Shown piece by piece: positions 48,161-57,307 of a stretch of DNA of 64,000 bases; the first letter of the stretch is position 1, and each line of letters begins with the position of its first letter. Below the pieces are notes generated by a model. That model saw only the letters and a list, made by a program, of their open reading frames with translations. It ran no database searches and was not told the origin of the DNA. Source of the DNA: Abditibacterium sp. (GTDB lineage Bacteria > Armatimonadota > Abditibacteriia > Abditibacteriales > Abditibacteriaceae); NCBI GenBank assembly GCA_965246885.1, contig OZ251992.1, forward strand, positions 2,176,001-2,240,000, read 5' to 3'. Position numbers and translations under genes: made by a program.

Positions 48161-48697
48161 CTACTTGGCTGGTGCCGGTTTGGGCAAAAGCGGGAGAACC
48201 GCCGCTTCCAAGCTCTCGTTGGTCAGCGCGGGACGCCCGCCTCGGAAGATGGCGCGGATGACGCCTTGCCCATCCACAATGTAAGTTGCGGGCAGGCTGT
48301 CTATGTCGCCAAAACCGTTGGCCTTGGCATCGCAGAGCAGGGCGGCGGGAAAGGAGAATGTGCGCATGACCTTCGCTACCGCTTTGCGATCGTGCCGGTC
48401 GTCCACGCTTTCGCCAATCACTAAGACATCGCCCTTGTGAGCAGTGTAAAACGCCGAAAGAAGCGGCATTTCGGCGCGGCACGGCGGACACCACGTCGCC
48501 CAGAAGTGGACGACGACCACTTTACCCTTGCACGCCGCCAAGTCGAACGGTTGCCCGTCCATTTGTGGCCCGATTAAGGCCGGTGCCGTTTGGCCAACGG
48601 CGGGAGCCGCCGCGACGGGGCGGCTCCCAAGGGTGCACAGCGCGACTGCGCCCAAGCCAATCCGCGCCCAGTTGTGTTTGGAAAGAATGTGAGTCAT
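48161..48697 (-). CDS. TlpA family thiol-disulfide oxidoreductase
   Basis: Signal peptide, GKVVVVHFWATWCPPCRAEMP, LPATYIVD. Confidence 0.92.
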   Translation of the reverse strand: MTHILSKHNWARIGLGAVALCTLGSRPVAAAPAVGQTAPALIGPQMDGQPFDLAACKGKVVVVHFWATWCPPCRAEMPLLSAFYTAHKGDVLVIGESVDDRHDRKAVAKVMRTFSFPAALLCDAKANGFGDIDSLPATYIVDGQGVIRAIFRGGRPALTNESLEAAVLPLLPKPAPAK

Positions 48698-48706
48698 GGC
48701 CGGGTT

Positions 48707-49636
48707 TTAGCCGAAGTCGCGGCTGATGGTGAGTTTGAAGAGCGTGTTGGCGGTCAGTTGGTTGCCGCGCACGTTTTGGTAAATGGGGACGCCGACTTGC
48801 GCGAACACGCGCGTGCCGCCGAAGTGCGTTTCCAATCCCGGCGCGAGCAAGACGCGGTGGTAGCCACTGTCTTTGGGCGCCGAGCGGCTTCCCGAATCGC
48901 CCCTGCGATACGAGCCGATGAGTTGCAGGAGCGGCACGACCTTGGTTTTGCCCACGCGCAAGCCGGAATAGTACACGCCCGCCACCCCGTCCACTTCTGT
49001 GCCGGGATGGTAGTCGCCCCGACTGGCGACGGGCTGTTGCAGTTCGCCGTTGAGGAAGTAATTGAAGCGACTGCGTTCCGAGAAGCGGCTGGTCTTGAAC
49101 GCGCCCAACAGAACGTCGGTGCTGCCGCTTCCGATGCTCGTATCGGGGTCGAATCCCGCGTAAGAGGAGTCGCCCGTCGGAAGCTTGAGGCCATAAGTGA
49201 CGCCTGTTGACATATCCGGCGAGAAGCCGGTATAGATGCCGCGCAAGCGAATGTCGCCGATGCTGGCGTGGCGGAAGCTGACAAGGTTTCCGGTGTCGGC
49301 GTCGGTAGTGATAAAGCGGCGTTGCCAGTAAGGAACGTCGAGCATAACGCCGTTTTTGCGGTTGAACATGTACTGCGCGCCAACGGTGAAGAAGTTGGTG
49401 CGGATGCCCTTATCCGGGTTGTTGGCAGCCGGGGCGGATGAGGTGCCGCTCCGGTTGCGGTTCTGGTTCATGGTGTCGTATTCGACGTACGCCACGCCAC
49501 CGGGATGGTTGGGAAGCATGGTGCCGATAGAGACATCGAATACGCCGCATCCGCAAGCGCACGAATGAGCCGTACGCGGTGCGAGCGCCAGCAAAAGGGC
49601 GGCGCCCATTGGGGCCGTGAGAATGAATTTATTCAT
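48707..49636 (-). CDS. Probable outer-membrane beta-barrel with N-terminal CACGC motif (putative metal transporter)
   Basis: Signal peptide ending AHS, mature N-terminus CACGC, GDIRL, GLKLPTG, GSGSTD, PIYQNVRGNQL, C-terminus ISRDFG. Confidence 0.7.
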   Translation of the reverse strand: MNKFILTAPMGAALLLALAPRTAHSCACGCGVFDVSIGTMLPNHPGGVAYVEYDTMNQNRNRSGTSSAPAANNPDKGIRTNFFTVGAQYMFNRKNGVMLDVPYWQRRFITTDADTGNLVSFRHASIGDIRLRGIYTGFSPDMSTGVTYGLKLPTGDSSYAGFDPDTSIGSGSTDVLLGAFKTSRFSERSRFNYFLNGELQQPVASRGDYHPGTEVDGVAGVYYSGLRVGKTKVVPLLQLIGSYRRGDSGSRSAPKDSGYHRVLLAPGLETHFGGTRVFAQVGVPIYQNVRGNQLTANTLFKLTISRDFG

Positions 49637-49645
49637 GTTTTGGCT

Positions 49646-50290
49646 TTACAGGCGCGGGATGGCGCAACCCATTGCGGGGGCCTGCGCGCGCGGGACGGGT
49701 TTGCCCGCGACGACGGCGGCGAGGGCGTTGGCGAGGTCATGTTTCGTGGCGGCTTTGGGGTCGAAGGTTTCGTTGTCCACGCGGCCATGATAGCGGAGCA
49801 CGCCCGCGCGGTCGAAGAGGTAAACCTCCGAACTGGCGCGGCCATCGAGCATCTTCAGAAGGCTCTGATTTTGGTCAACGATGGCCGGATAGTCGAGCAA
49901 ATGGTTTTGCATGAAGCGCGCGATTTCGATGGGCTTTTGGCCGGGTGTGGCGAAAACATAGGCAACACGCAGACCCTTAGGGCTGTATTGCTTCGCCAAG
50001 TTCTTGATGCGTTCCTCGACGGCGACGACGCACGGACACTGCGTGTCGGCGAGGACAAAGAGGCCGATTTTGCCCTTGAACGAGGCTTTGGACAAGCCGC
50101 GTCCATCAAGTGTTTGGGCGGCGAAGGGCGGCATCGGCTGCCCAATGCGGGCGGTGGCAGAGGAGGAAGCGTGTGCGAAGTTTTTGGTTTCGGCTTTGAG
50201 TTGGCCGAACCCTTTTTTGGAGAAGTTGTGGGCGAGCGCGGGCGCCGCCAAGGCGCACAGCGCGGCAAGTGTGAGAATGTGTTTGTTCAT
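49646..50290 (-). CDS. Exported redoxin/AhpC-TSA family thioredoxin-fold protein
   Basis: Signal peptide, TQCPCV, LRYHGRVD, C-terminal MGCAI. Confidence 0.85.
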   Translation of the reverse strand: MNKHILTLAALCALAAPALAHNFSKKGFGQLKAETKNFAHASSSATARIGQPMPPFAAQTLDGRGLSKASFKGKIGLFVLADTQCPCVVAVEERIKNLAKQYSPKGLRVAYVFATPGQKPIEIARFMQNHLLDYPAIVDQNQSLLKMLDGRASSEVYLFDRAGVLRYHGRVDNETFDPKAATKHDLANALAAVVAGKPVPRAQAPAMGCAIPRL

Positions 50291-50291
50291 A

Positions 50292-50329
50292 GTTGACCTC
50301 GACTTTCATAGGGCGAAAGCGAGGGCAAC
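50292..50329 (-). promoter_or_regulatory. Shine-Dalgarno-sequestering hairpin directly after the RGPP codons
   Basis: Minus strand GTTG-C-CCTCG-CTTTC [GCCCTAT] GAAAG-T-CGAGG-T-CAAC; the 3' arm holds GAGGT, 5 nt before ATG 50290. Confidence 0.75.
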
Positions 50330-50767
50330 GGGTGGGCCGCGATTGGAAAAGGCGCGGGCAAAGCGGCGCGCAGCGAAGTCGCGGCGCGCGGCACACGGGA
50401 CGGCGACGAGGGTGGCGAGGCGCGCGAGGTGTGTGGGCGATACCAACACTCCGGGCATCGCTCTAAGTAGCAGCGCTAAACACTGCGCGTCGTGCGCCAT
50501 TGGGCTGTGGGCGGCGAAGTGGAAGCGCGCGGTGGGCGCGCTTTGGGAACTTCCTTCGGGGTGCGGAGCGCAGAAGCAAATGGGCGCCCCCGATGCCGAG
50601 CGCAAAAGGCGCGGCTCGTGGTGCGCCGCGTCACAGGTCGCGTGAGCGTGCCCGCCCAGTTCGCAGATGTGCCACGTCGGGGCGACGAACGAGAGCAGGG
50701 CCAGCATCGCCACGAAAAAGCGCAACTGACGCGGGAAGCGCTCGAACCAACTCCGTCCCGACAACAT
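50306..50767 (-). CDS. His/Cys-rich leader protein with C-terminal RGPP motif (DUF2946/CruR-like arrest peptide candidate)
   Basis: N-terminal hydrophobic segment; WHICELGGHAHATCDAAHH, ICFCAPH, HDAQC; ends FSNRGPPVALAFAL*. Confidence 0.7.
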   Translation of the reverse strand: MLSGRSWFERFPRQLRFFVAMLALLSFVAPTWHICELGGHAHATCDAAHHEPRLLRSASGAPICFCAPHPEGSSQSAPTARFHFAAHSPMAHDAQCLALLLRAMPGVLVSPTHLARLATLVAVPCAARRDFAARRFARAFSNRGPPVALAFAL

Positions 50768-50869
50768 GAGCACTCAGTTAAACGCTTTGGTGCCGCGCGA
50801 AAACGCCCGGTTTGCTCTGAACTGAACCGCGCAAAAGCGTTGCTACACTTCCCTTCCCAAAGGCCCGCT

Positions 50870-52108
50870 TTGAATACCTCAACTCTTATCCACACCTTGC
50901 CCAACGGCCTCACGCTCGTGGGCGAACCCTCCAACAAGCAAGTGGTCGCGTGGAGCCTGCAACTGCCCGCCGGAAGCGCGACCGAACCCGAAGGCAAAGA
51001 CGGACTCACAACTGTCCTCGAATCCGTCATGATGCGCGGCGCGGGCGAGCGCGATTCCCGCCGACTCTCGGATGCCCTCGACGATTTAGGCATCGAGCGC
51101 GGCGGAAGCGCCGAGGTTGAATCCGTCTCCTTTGGCGGCGCCACGCTGGGCTTGTATTTGGCCGACGCCCTTTCCCTCTACGCCGACGTCGCCCGCCGCC
51201 CACGCTTGCCAGAGGACGAATGGGAAGCCGCGCGCGACCTCGCGCTGCAAAGCCTCGACTCGCTGGAAGACTCTCCCTCGCGCAAGATGTTCGTTCAACT
51301 GCGCCGTAGCTGGTTCACGTCGGGGCACCGGCGCGCCGCCATCGGCACCCGCGAAGGGTTGGAGTCTCTTTCCCTCGAAGATTTGCGCGCCGACCACGCC
51401 GCCCGCTTCCGACCCGACGGCGCCATCCTCGCCGTCGCGGGCGGTTTCGATTGGGCCGCAACGGTCGCGCAGGTCGAGCAACTCTTCGGCGACTGGACTG
51501 GAAAGGCGCCGGAGTTAGGCGCCCCGCAAGTCGTGAGCGAGCCGCTTTTCCAGCACATCGAGCAAGACACCGCGCAACAGCAAATCGGCGTCGCCTACTT
51601 GGGTGTTCCTTCAACAGACGCCGACTTTTATGCTTTCCGCGTGGCAACCGACATCCTGAGCGGCGGCATGGGCGCGCGGCTCTTTTCCGAAGTGCGCGAA
51701 AAGCGTGGTCTCGTGTATTCCGTCTCGGCATCCGCGTCGTCGCACCGGGGCATTGGCTACACCCTCGGCTACGCGGGCACCACGCCCGAACGCTCGCAAG
51801 AAACGCTCGACGTCCTCCTTGCCGAGCTTGCCAAGATGCGCGAGGGCGTTTCGCCCGACGAACTCGAACGCGCCCAAGTGCGCATGACCTCCAGCCTCGT
51901 CATGGGCGAGGAGTCCTCCCGCTCGCGGGCAGGCGCGCTCGCGCGCGACTTCTGGATGCTGGGCCGCGTGCGCTCCTTGGAGGAAGTGACCCAGAAAATC
52001 CGCGCCGTCACGCCCGCCGCTATCCGCGTCATGTATGAACGCTTCCCGCCGGAGAATTTCTCGGTCGTCACGCTCGGCCCGCGCAAGCTGGAGCGCCCGG
52101 CCTCCTAA
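50870..52108 (+). CDS. M16 (pitrilysin) family peptidase, probably non-catalytic subunit
   Basis: LPNGLTL, PAGSATEP, LSGGMGARLFSEVREKRGLVYSV; HxxEH replaced by TVLES. Confidence 0.88.
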   Translation: MNTSTLIHTLPNGLTLVGEPSNKQVVAWSLQLPAGSATEPEGKDGLTTVLESVMMRGAGERDSRRLSDALDDLGIERGGSAEVESVSFGGATLGLYLADALSLYADVARRPRLPEDEWEAARDLALQSLDSLEDSPSRKMFVQLRRSWFTSGHRRAAIGTREGLESLSLEDLRADHAARFRPDGAILAVAGGFDWAATVAQVEQLFGDWTGKAPELGAPQVVSEPLFQHIEQDTAQQQIGVAYLGVPSTDADFYAFRVATDILSGGMGARLFSEVREKRGLVYSVSASASSHRGIGYTLGYAGTTPERSQETLDVLLAELAKMREGVSPDELERAQVRMTSSLVMGEESSRSRAGALARDFWMLGRVRSLEEVTQKIRAVTPAAIRVMYERFPPENFSVVTLGPRKLERPAS

Positions 52109-52909
52109 ATGGAAATCCTTGCGGCCCTTCTCCTTGGTGGCTTCTTCGCGTTTAATACGCTCGCCACGCCCGCGCGCGTCGGCAAAGCGGCGGAAAGCGC
52201 GCTCCGCAAACAGTTCCCCGGCGCCGCCGTTCATGTCGAAGTGCGCGGCAAACGGGGCCGGGCTGTGCTTCAGGGACGCTTCCAAAGCGTGCGCGTCGAG
52301 ATGAGCGGCGCCCGCTTTGGCGCCACCGCGCTCGCGTCGCAAGCCAATACCTTGGGCGGCATGCCGCCCAAGGTGCGCGTGGGCACGGTCGGCCACATGG
52401 AAGTGCGCCTGCGCGACTGGTCGTTCGGCGAATTGGCCGTGAAGAAGACCGATGTGTCCTTGGACGACGTGAGATACGACTTCGGCGCGCTCAAGAGCCG
52501 CTCGCAGTTGCGCCTCCTTTCCTTTGCCAACGGGAAAGTTGCCTTGGCATTGGATGCGCCCGCGCTTTTGCCCCTCTTTGTGCGCCGCGCGCCGGAAATT
52601 GTCGCTCCGCGCATCGAACTGCGCGATGGCGAGATGATCTTGAGCGGGCGCCGCGAGTTTCTGGGCACCAGCACCTCCGTCGTCGTGCGCGGGCCGTTGG
52701 TCGCGCACGGGCAAAACTTGGAAATAAGTGCGGCGCGCGTCGAAGTCGGCGGCACGACGCTTCCGCCCGCCTTGGCCGCTCCGATACTGCGCGGTGTGAA
52801 CCCGATTTACTCTTTCGACGCGGGGAAGTGGCCCTTCGCTCTCGATATTCGATCCATCCGCGCGCAAAGCGACGCCCTCGAAATCGAGGGCGCTTTGTCC
52901 GCGAAGTAG
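52109..52909 (+). CDS. LmeA/DUF2993-like protein
   Basis: N-terminal hydrophobic anchor, VLQGRFQSVRV, beta-rich elongated pattern. Confidence 0.55.
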   Translation: MEILAALLLGGFFAFNTLATPARVGKAAESALRKQFPGAAVHVEVRGKRGRAVLQGRFQSVRVEMSGARFGATALASQANTLGGMPPKVRVGTVGHMEVRLRDWSFGELAVKKTDVSLDDVRYDFGALKSRSQLRLLSFANGKVALALDAPALLPLFVRRAPEIVAPRIELRDGEMILSGRREFLGTSTSVVVRGPLVAHGQNLEISAARVEVGGTTLPPALAAPILRGVNPIYSFDAGKWPFALDIRSIRAQSDALEIEGALSAK

Positions 52910-52975
52910 AGCAGGGTGCTTCTTTGCGCGGCGTGGTGCCAATGAAAGGTGGCGCCGGGCGTCAAACTTCCTATC

Positions 52976-53365
52976 ATGCAGTTGCCGCAAGACCGCCATT
53001 ACACGCGCGATGACCTGTGGGTGCGCGCGGATGGCGAGGGAATTTATACGCTCGGCCTCACCCACTACGGGCAGGAGGAGTTGGGAGAATTAGTGTTCGT
53101 GGAATTACCCGCGCTCGACCATCCGGTGCGCTTGGGGCAAAGCGTAGCCGTCGTGGAGTCGGTCAAATCGGTGTCAGAAGTGGCGTCGCCCGTCGCGGGT
53201 GTGGTCGTTGCCGCCAATGCGCGCGCCGGGGCAACGCCAGAGTTGGTGAACGAGTCGCCCTACGAGGAGGGTTGGATCGCGCGTATCCGCGCCGGGTCGC
53301 CGCCGGAAAACCTGTTATCGCCCGCACAATACGCGGCGTGGCGGCGTCTGCCACTGTCCGTATGA
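52976..53365 (+). CDS. gcvH: Glycine cleavage system H protein
   Basis: GLTHYGQEELGELVFVELP, lipoyl site VESVKSVSE, VNESPYEEGW. Confidence 0.92.
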   Translation: MQLPQDRHYTRDDLWVRADGEGIYTLGLTHYGQEELGELVFVELPALDHPVRLGQSVAVVESVKSVSEVASPVAGVVVAANARAGATPELVNESPYEEGWIARIRAGSPPENLLSPAQYAAWRRLPLSV

Positions 53366-56190
53366 GTTTCCGCCCCTTCCTTCTGGCGCTCTTCCTGTGC
53401 GCCTTGTCGCCCTTTGCCCGCGCCCAAAACGCTACCCCTTCCCTCGCGGCGCAGGGGATGTTCCCGTTCGCCTTGCCTTGGGACGACGGCGCGCCCGGCC
53501 CCACAGATGTTTCCTTTCTCAACACTTCGCCCGCCGGGGCGAACGGGTTCCTGCGAGCAGAAGGCGAGAGTTTCGTGGACGAACGCGGCGGGGCCGTGCG
53601 GTTGTGGGGCGTCAATCTCAACTTCATCGGCGCTTTCCCTGACAAAGAAACGGCTCCCAAGGTCGCCGCGCGTTTGGCCAAGTTCGGCTTTAACGCCGTG
53701 CGCTTCCACCATATAGACGGTCTGCCCGCTCCCGGCGGCTTGTGGAAGGCCAACGGCGGACGGTTGCTCTGGCCGAACGAACTCGACCCCGCCCAATTCG
53801 ACCGCATTGACTTCTTTATCAACGAGCTTCTCAAGCGCGGCATCTACGTGGACTTCAACCTCCACGTCGCGCGCAAGGTCACCGAGCGCGACGGCTTCCT
53901 CGACGCCACTAAGCTCCCCGAAAAGGACAAGGGCATCGCCACCTTCGACGCCCGCTTGGACGCCCGCAACCGCGACTTCGCCCGCGCGCTCTTGACCCAC
54001 GTCAATCCGTACACTTCCCGCGCTTACAACGCCGAACCCGGCGTGTGCGCGGTCGAAGTGGACAACGAATCGAGCCTGTTGCAACTCTGGTTGGACGGCA
54101 AACTGGACGATCTTCCGCCCACCTACGCTGAAACCCTCCGGGCCGGTTGGAACGACTGGGCGCGCGCCAAATACCGAACCGACGAGAAAATGCGCCGCGC
54201 TTGGACGGAGTTGGAGCGGCCCCGCACCGGCCCGGAACTGCTTCTGCCCGCGCCGACGCCCACCCCGCTTCCCACCCCGACGCCCAAACCCACGCCGATT
54301 TCGGTCGCGTCGGCGCTCGCGGGCGTCGCGCTGGTCGTTCCCACGCCCGCGCCTTTGCCCGAAGCGCGCGGCAACGCTGCGCCCACGCTCGAAGATTGGC
54401 AACTGGTCACGTCGGGCGGCGCGCGCGGCGCCGTCTTTCAAGACGAACTGGCTGGCCCCGCCATAGACGGCATCGTGCAACCGGGGCTTTCCCTCCGGCT
54501 GGACGCGGCGGGGGCTGTGAGTTGGGGCTTTCAACTCGCGCGCGACGGTTTGCAATTAGAAAGCGGCAAAATCTACACCTTGAACTTCGCGGCGCGCTCG
54601 CCCAACGGTCGCAACATCTCCGTCAACCTGTGGGAAACACGCCATCCGTTCAAGTGGCTGGGCGTCAAACAGGTCGTTCGCATCCGCGATGACTGGGGCT
54701 TCTATTCCGTCACCTTCCGGCCCGTCGGTGCCTCGCCGGGGTTTGTACGTCTGGCTTTAGATGTAGGCAACATTCCCGGTAGCGTGCAACTGGGCGCCCT
54801 TTCGCTTCATAGCGGCGGGCGCTTGGCGGCGCCGGAGGACTGGACTTTGCGCGGCAACTTGCCCCTTGTTGACGCGCAAAACGAGCCGGTCTTTGCGGTG
54901 CGGCGCGATTTCGCGCGTTACTTGGGCGAGTTGGAAACCAAGCACACCGCCGCATGGCGCCGCTTTTTGCGCGACGACTTGAAGGTGCGCGTTCCCATCT
55001 GGCACACTCAAGCCCAGTTCGGCGGTTGGGGCGGCGCGCTCCGGGAAAGCGAGTCCGACGCCCTCGACATCCACATTTATTGGAAGCACCCCGAATTTCT
55101 GGGCGCCGCGTGGGACGCTGCCAACTGGCGCGTCGGGAACCAATCAATGGCCGCGTCGCCCGACGCCGACCCGCTCGTGACGTTCTCCCTCGCCCGCGAA
55201 GAAGGCAAGCCGCTCGTTGTGACTGAGTGGAACTCCGGCCAGCCCAACGACTACGGCGCGGAAAGCCTCCTCATGGCCGCCTCGCACGCCGCGCATCAAG
55301 GCTGGGCGGGCGTGTGGATGTTCGACTACCACTCCAACGGCGCGTGGAACCGGACGCAGTTCGAGAACTTCTTCTCCATTGACTCGAACCCCGTCAAAAT
55401 GGCGACAGCACCCTTGGCCGCGCTCCTCTTCCGGCGCGGCGATGTGGCGACTTCGACCGACGGCGCGACGCTGGCCATCCCCGCCGTCCGCGCATGGGAC
55501 GAACTGGCGCGCGCCCCGTTCGGCCCGACGATGCAGCCCTTTGTCAAGACGTGGACGGAAAACGGCGGCAAGCGCGACGCCGCCTTGTCGGAGCGCGTCG
55601 GATGGACGAATACGCCTGCCCTCTTCCCGACGCCCTCGCGCGCGGTGCTCGATTCGGAAAGCACCCTCGCGTCCGATACGACCGTTTCCGATACGGGCCA
55701 AATCACGCGCGAAGAGCGCGGCTGGGCGCTCGATTCTCCCCGCGCCAAAGCGTTTGCTGGTTTTGTCGGCGGGCGCCGCTTCCGGTGGGGCGAAGTCGAA
55801 GCGTGGTTCCCCGCGCCCGCGACGTGGGCGGCGGGCGGCGTTGTCGCAATGGACGACCAGCCGATCGCCACTTCCAAGCGTCTGCTCTTAACCGTGTGCG
55901 GACGCGCGGAAAACCCCGGCATGATTTGGAACGCGGCGCGCGACTCCGTTGGCAGCAACTGGGGGCAAGGGCCAACCTTCATCGCGTCGCCGCCCGCGAC
56001 GTGGAAAGTTTGGATAAGCGCATCGGAAGCTCACGTCTGGGCGCTCGACGAACATGGCCAACGGCGCGGCAAGATTCCCTCGACCCTACAAGATGGCGCG
56101 CTGAAATTCACCACCTCGAACGAGTGGCGCACCCCTTGGTATGAGATCGCCATCGGCGCCCCCGCCGAAAGCGCGAGCGGCCCCGGTTAA
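53362..56190 (+). CDS. Secreted clan GH-A (GH5/GH42-like) glycoside hydrolase with inserted CBM4/9-like domain
   Basis: Signal peptide; GFNAVRFHH, VEVDNE (acid/base), VVTEWN (nucleophile), P/T linker; ATGA overlap with gcvH. Confidence 0.75.
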   Translation: MSFRPFLLALFLCALSPFARAQNATPSLAAQGMFPFALPWDDGAPGPTDVSFLNTSPAGANGFLRAEGESFVDERGGAVRLWGVNLNFIGAFPDKETAPKVAARLAKFGFNAVRFHHIDGLPAPGGLWKANGGRLLWPNELDPAQFDRIDFFINELLKRGIYVDFNLHVARKVTERDGFLDATKLPEKDKGIATFDARLDARNRDFARALLTHVNPYTSRAYNAEPGVCAVEVDNESSLLQLWLDGKLDDLPPTYAETLRAGWNDWARAKYRTDEKMRRAWTELERPRTGPELLLPAPTPTPLPTPTPKPTPISVASALAGVALVVPTPAPLPEARGNAAPTLEDWQLVTSGGARGAVFQDELAGPAIDGIVQPGLSLRLDAAGAVSWGFQLARDGLQLESGKIYTLNFAARSPNGRNISVNLWETRHPFKWLGVKQVVRIRDDWGFYSVTFRPVGASPGFVRLALDVGNIPGSVQLGALSLHSGGRLAAPEDWTLRGNLPLVDAQNEPVFAVRRDFARYLGELETKHTAAWRRFLRDDLKVRVPIWHTQAQFGGWGGALRESESDALDIHIYWKHPEFLGAAWDAANWRVGNQSMAASPDADPLVTFSLAREEGKPLVVTEWNSGQPNDYGAESLLMAASHAAHQGWAGVWMFDYHSNGAWNRTQFENFFSIDSNPVKMATAPLAALLFRRGDVATSTDGATLAIPAVRAWDELARAPFGPTMQPFVKTWTENGGKRDAALSERVGWTNTPALFPTPSRAVLDSESTLASDTTVSDTGQITREERGWALDSPRAKAFAGFVGGRRFRWGEVEAWFPAPATWAAGGVVAMDDQPIATSKRLLLTVCGRAENPGMIWNAARDSVGSNWGQGPTFIASPPATWKVWISASEAHVWALDEHGQRRGKIPSTLQDGALKFTTSNEWRTPWYEIAIGAPAESASGPG

Positions 56191-56294
56191 CCATCGGCGC
56201 ACGCACGGGAATCATCAGCGCGCGCGCGGGAATGATTGACAGACATGCACGAGCGATTCCCGTGCATGCGCCGATAATTCCCACGACTAATTCT
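56190..56294. repeat. Degenerate 21-nt tandem repeat, about 5 units
   Basis: ACCATCGGCGCACGCACGGGA / ATCATCAGCGCGCGCGCGGGA / ATGATTGACAGACATGCACGA ... Confidence 0.5.
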
Positions 56295-56407
56295 TTCGTT
56301 CCCTCTGGTGGGCGGACGAGAGAAATGGGCCGCTCGCCCCAGAAGCGGCTCCCCGTTGTCTTAAACTGGGGCTTCTCTGCCACAGTGGGCGGAAGCGGAA
56401 TAGAATT

Positions 56408-57298
56408 ATGCCTTGGGTTGCCACTTGCACGTTTCGTGAACCGGTGAAAAGTTACTACCTCGATCCGGGAGAGTTGGAGTTGATGGTCGGAGCGGCGGTG
56501 TTGGCCGAAACCGCGCGCGGCTTGGAGTTGGGCCGCGTCAAATTCCGGGCGCGCGAGGTGCCGCCCGACAAATTCGCCGCGCCGCCGCCGCGCGTGTTGC
56601 GCGTTGCCGACAAGGACGATTTGGAGCGCGACGAAGATAATAAGTCTTTCGAGAACCGCGCGCTCCTCATTGCCCGCAGTCGTGTATCGGCGCACGGCTT
56701 GAATATGAAAGTCGTCAAGTGCGAGGTGATGTTCGACCGCTCGAAGCTGTGGGTGTACTACGAATCGGAGTCGCGCGTGGATTTCCGGGAATTGCTCAAA
56801 GACTTGGGCTTTCGCTTGGGCGTGCGCTTGCATTTGCAGCACGTCGGCCCGCGCGACGCGGCCAAAGTGCTCGGCGGTTGCGGCCCGTGCGGACAAAGTT
56901 TGTGCTGCTCCACGTTCCTCAAGGAAACCCCCGCAGTCAATTTGAAGCTCGCCAAAGAGCAACGCCTGAGCCTCACGCCCTCCAAAATCTCCGGCGCGTG
57001 CGGGCGCTTGATGTGCTGCCTGCGCTACGAGGTCGAGTTCTACCGCGACGCCAACCAGCGACTTCCGAAAAACGGCGCCAACGTGGACACCCCCGAAGGC
57101 CCCGGCACGGTCGTCGAGGTGAACGTCTTCAACGAGACCGTTTTCGTCCGCTTGGGCGATGGCCGCCACATCTCGGTCGAGGGCGAAACTCTGCGCTCCC
57201 TGCGCGAGGAACGCGGCGGCGTCAAAAGCTGCGCCAATCACATAGACAACGGCGGCGGCTGCTCCAAGGGCGCCAAAGCGCGCGATGGGGGGAGTTAG
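56408..57298 (+). CDS. ricT: PSP1-domain / RicT (YaaT) family Fe-S regulatory protein
   Basis: RVDFRELLKDL, GPCGQSLCC, KISGACGRLMCCLRYE. Confidence 0.88.
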   Translation: MPWVATCTFREPVKSYYLDPGELELMVGAAVLAETARGLELGRVKFRAREVPPDKFAAPPPRVLRVADKDDLERDEDNKSFENRALLIARSRVSAHGLNMKVVKCEVMFDRSKLWVYYESESRVDFRELLKDLGFRLGVRLHLQHVGPRDAAKVLGGCGPCGQSLCCSTFLKETPAVNLKLAKEQRLSLTPSKISGACGRLMCCLRYEVEFYRDANQRLPKNGANVDTPEGPGTVVEVNVFNETVFVRLGDGRHISVEGETLRSLREERGGVKSCANHIDNGGGCSKGAKARDGGS

Positions 57299-57307
57299 GG
57301 CGCCAGT

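Noticed and set aside
51611..53065. 484-aa minus-strand ORF
   Set aside because: Antisense to the M16, LmeA-like and gcvH genes, which have clear motifs.
54250..54300. Short tandem repeats (also around 12560-12660)
   Set aside because: These encode ordinary Pro/Thr linkers.
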